From the NCBI GenBank assembly GCA_038842485.1, contig JAWBSP010000014.1, forward strand, positions 1 to 31,345: a stretch of DNA of 31,345 bases, in the 5' to 3' direction. The position numbers were made by a program, and so were the translations under genes. Origin of the DNA: Candidatus Hadarchaeales archaeon. Lineage in GTDB: Archaea > Hadarchaeota > Hadarchaeia > Hadarchaeales > JAWBSP01. Below the pieces are notes generated by a model, which saw nothing but the letters and a program-made list of their open reading frames with translations, ran no database searches and was not told the DNA's origin. Shown one piece after another: positions 31,209-31,345 of the stretch; position 1 is the first letter of the stretch; the number at the start of each line of letters is the position of its first letter.

Positions 31209-31345
31209 TCTCTAAGGCCCTCCTCGCTCTGCTCAACCCCTTTTCGGAGGAGGCCAAGGAGGTGGTCCGTCAGGCTCCCCCTCTCCACTCCCTCCCCCCC
31301 GAGCTAGCGCAGGAGGCCGTAAGGCGCATCTCCGAGCCACCGGTT
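31205..31345 (+). CDS. priL: Probable DNA primase large subunit, 3'-truncated by the window
   Basis: ATGA overlap with gch3; MISKALLALLNPFSEEAKEVV resembles the PriL N-terminus. Confidence 0.6.
   Translation, partial: MISKALLALLNPFSEEAKEVVRQAPPLHSLPPELAQEAVRRISEPPV

Overview
This is an archaeal, GC-rich and probably thermophilic chromosomal segment. The rRNA and gene content suggest a Hadarchaeota-like lineage (inference, needs a 16S search). Core content: a 16S-tRNA(Ala)-23S operon with no linked 5S, tRNA-Gly(GCC), tRNA-Thr(CGT), ilvC, guaAB, a queC-like gene, rps17e, thiDN, an archaeal MtaB-type methylthiotransferase, gch3, a partial priL, a CPA1 antiporter and a ferredoxin that the ORF track missed. 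Accessory content: two AAA_14/DUF4143 ATPases, each downstream of a tRNA gene; a vapBC module inside a decayed tandem-duplicated mini-island at tRNA-Thr; a gingipain-like (C25) surface protease with a beta-propeller inserted into its catalytic domain; an Ig-repeat surface protein; and a DtxR regulator with a palindromic operator, coupled to a His/Cys-rich membrane protein. Most striking observation: the outer helix of the pre-16S bulge-helix-bulge (BHB) processing stem is formed by the 5' arm of tRNA-Ala itself, so the predicted endonuclease cut falls exactly at tRNA position +1. A PNK/PSTK-like kinase gene is transcribed divergently from the same promoter region. All family assignments are from motif recognition by eye; no searches were run.
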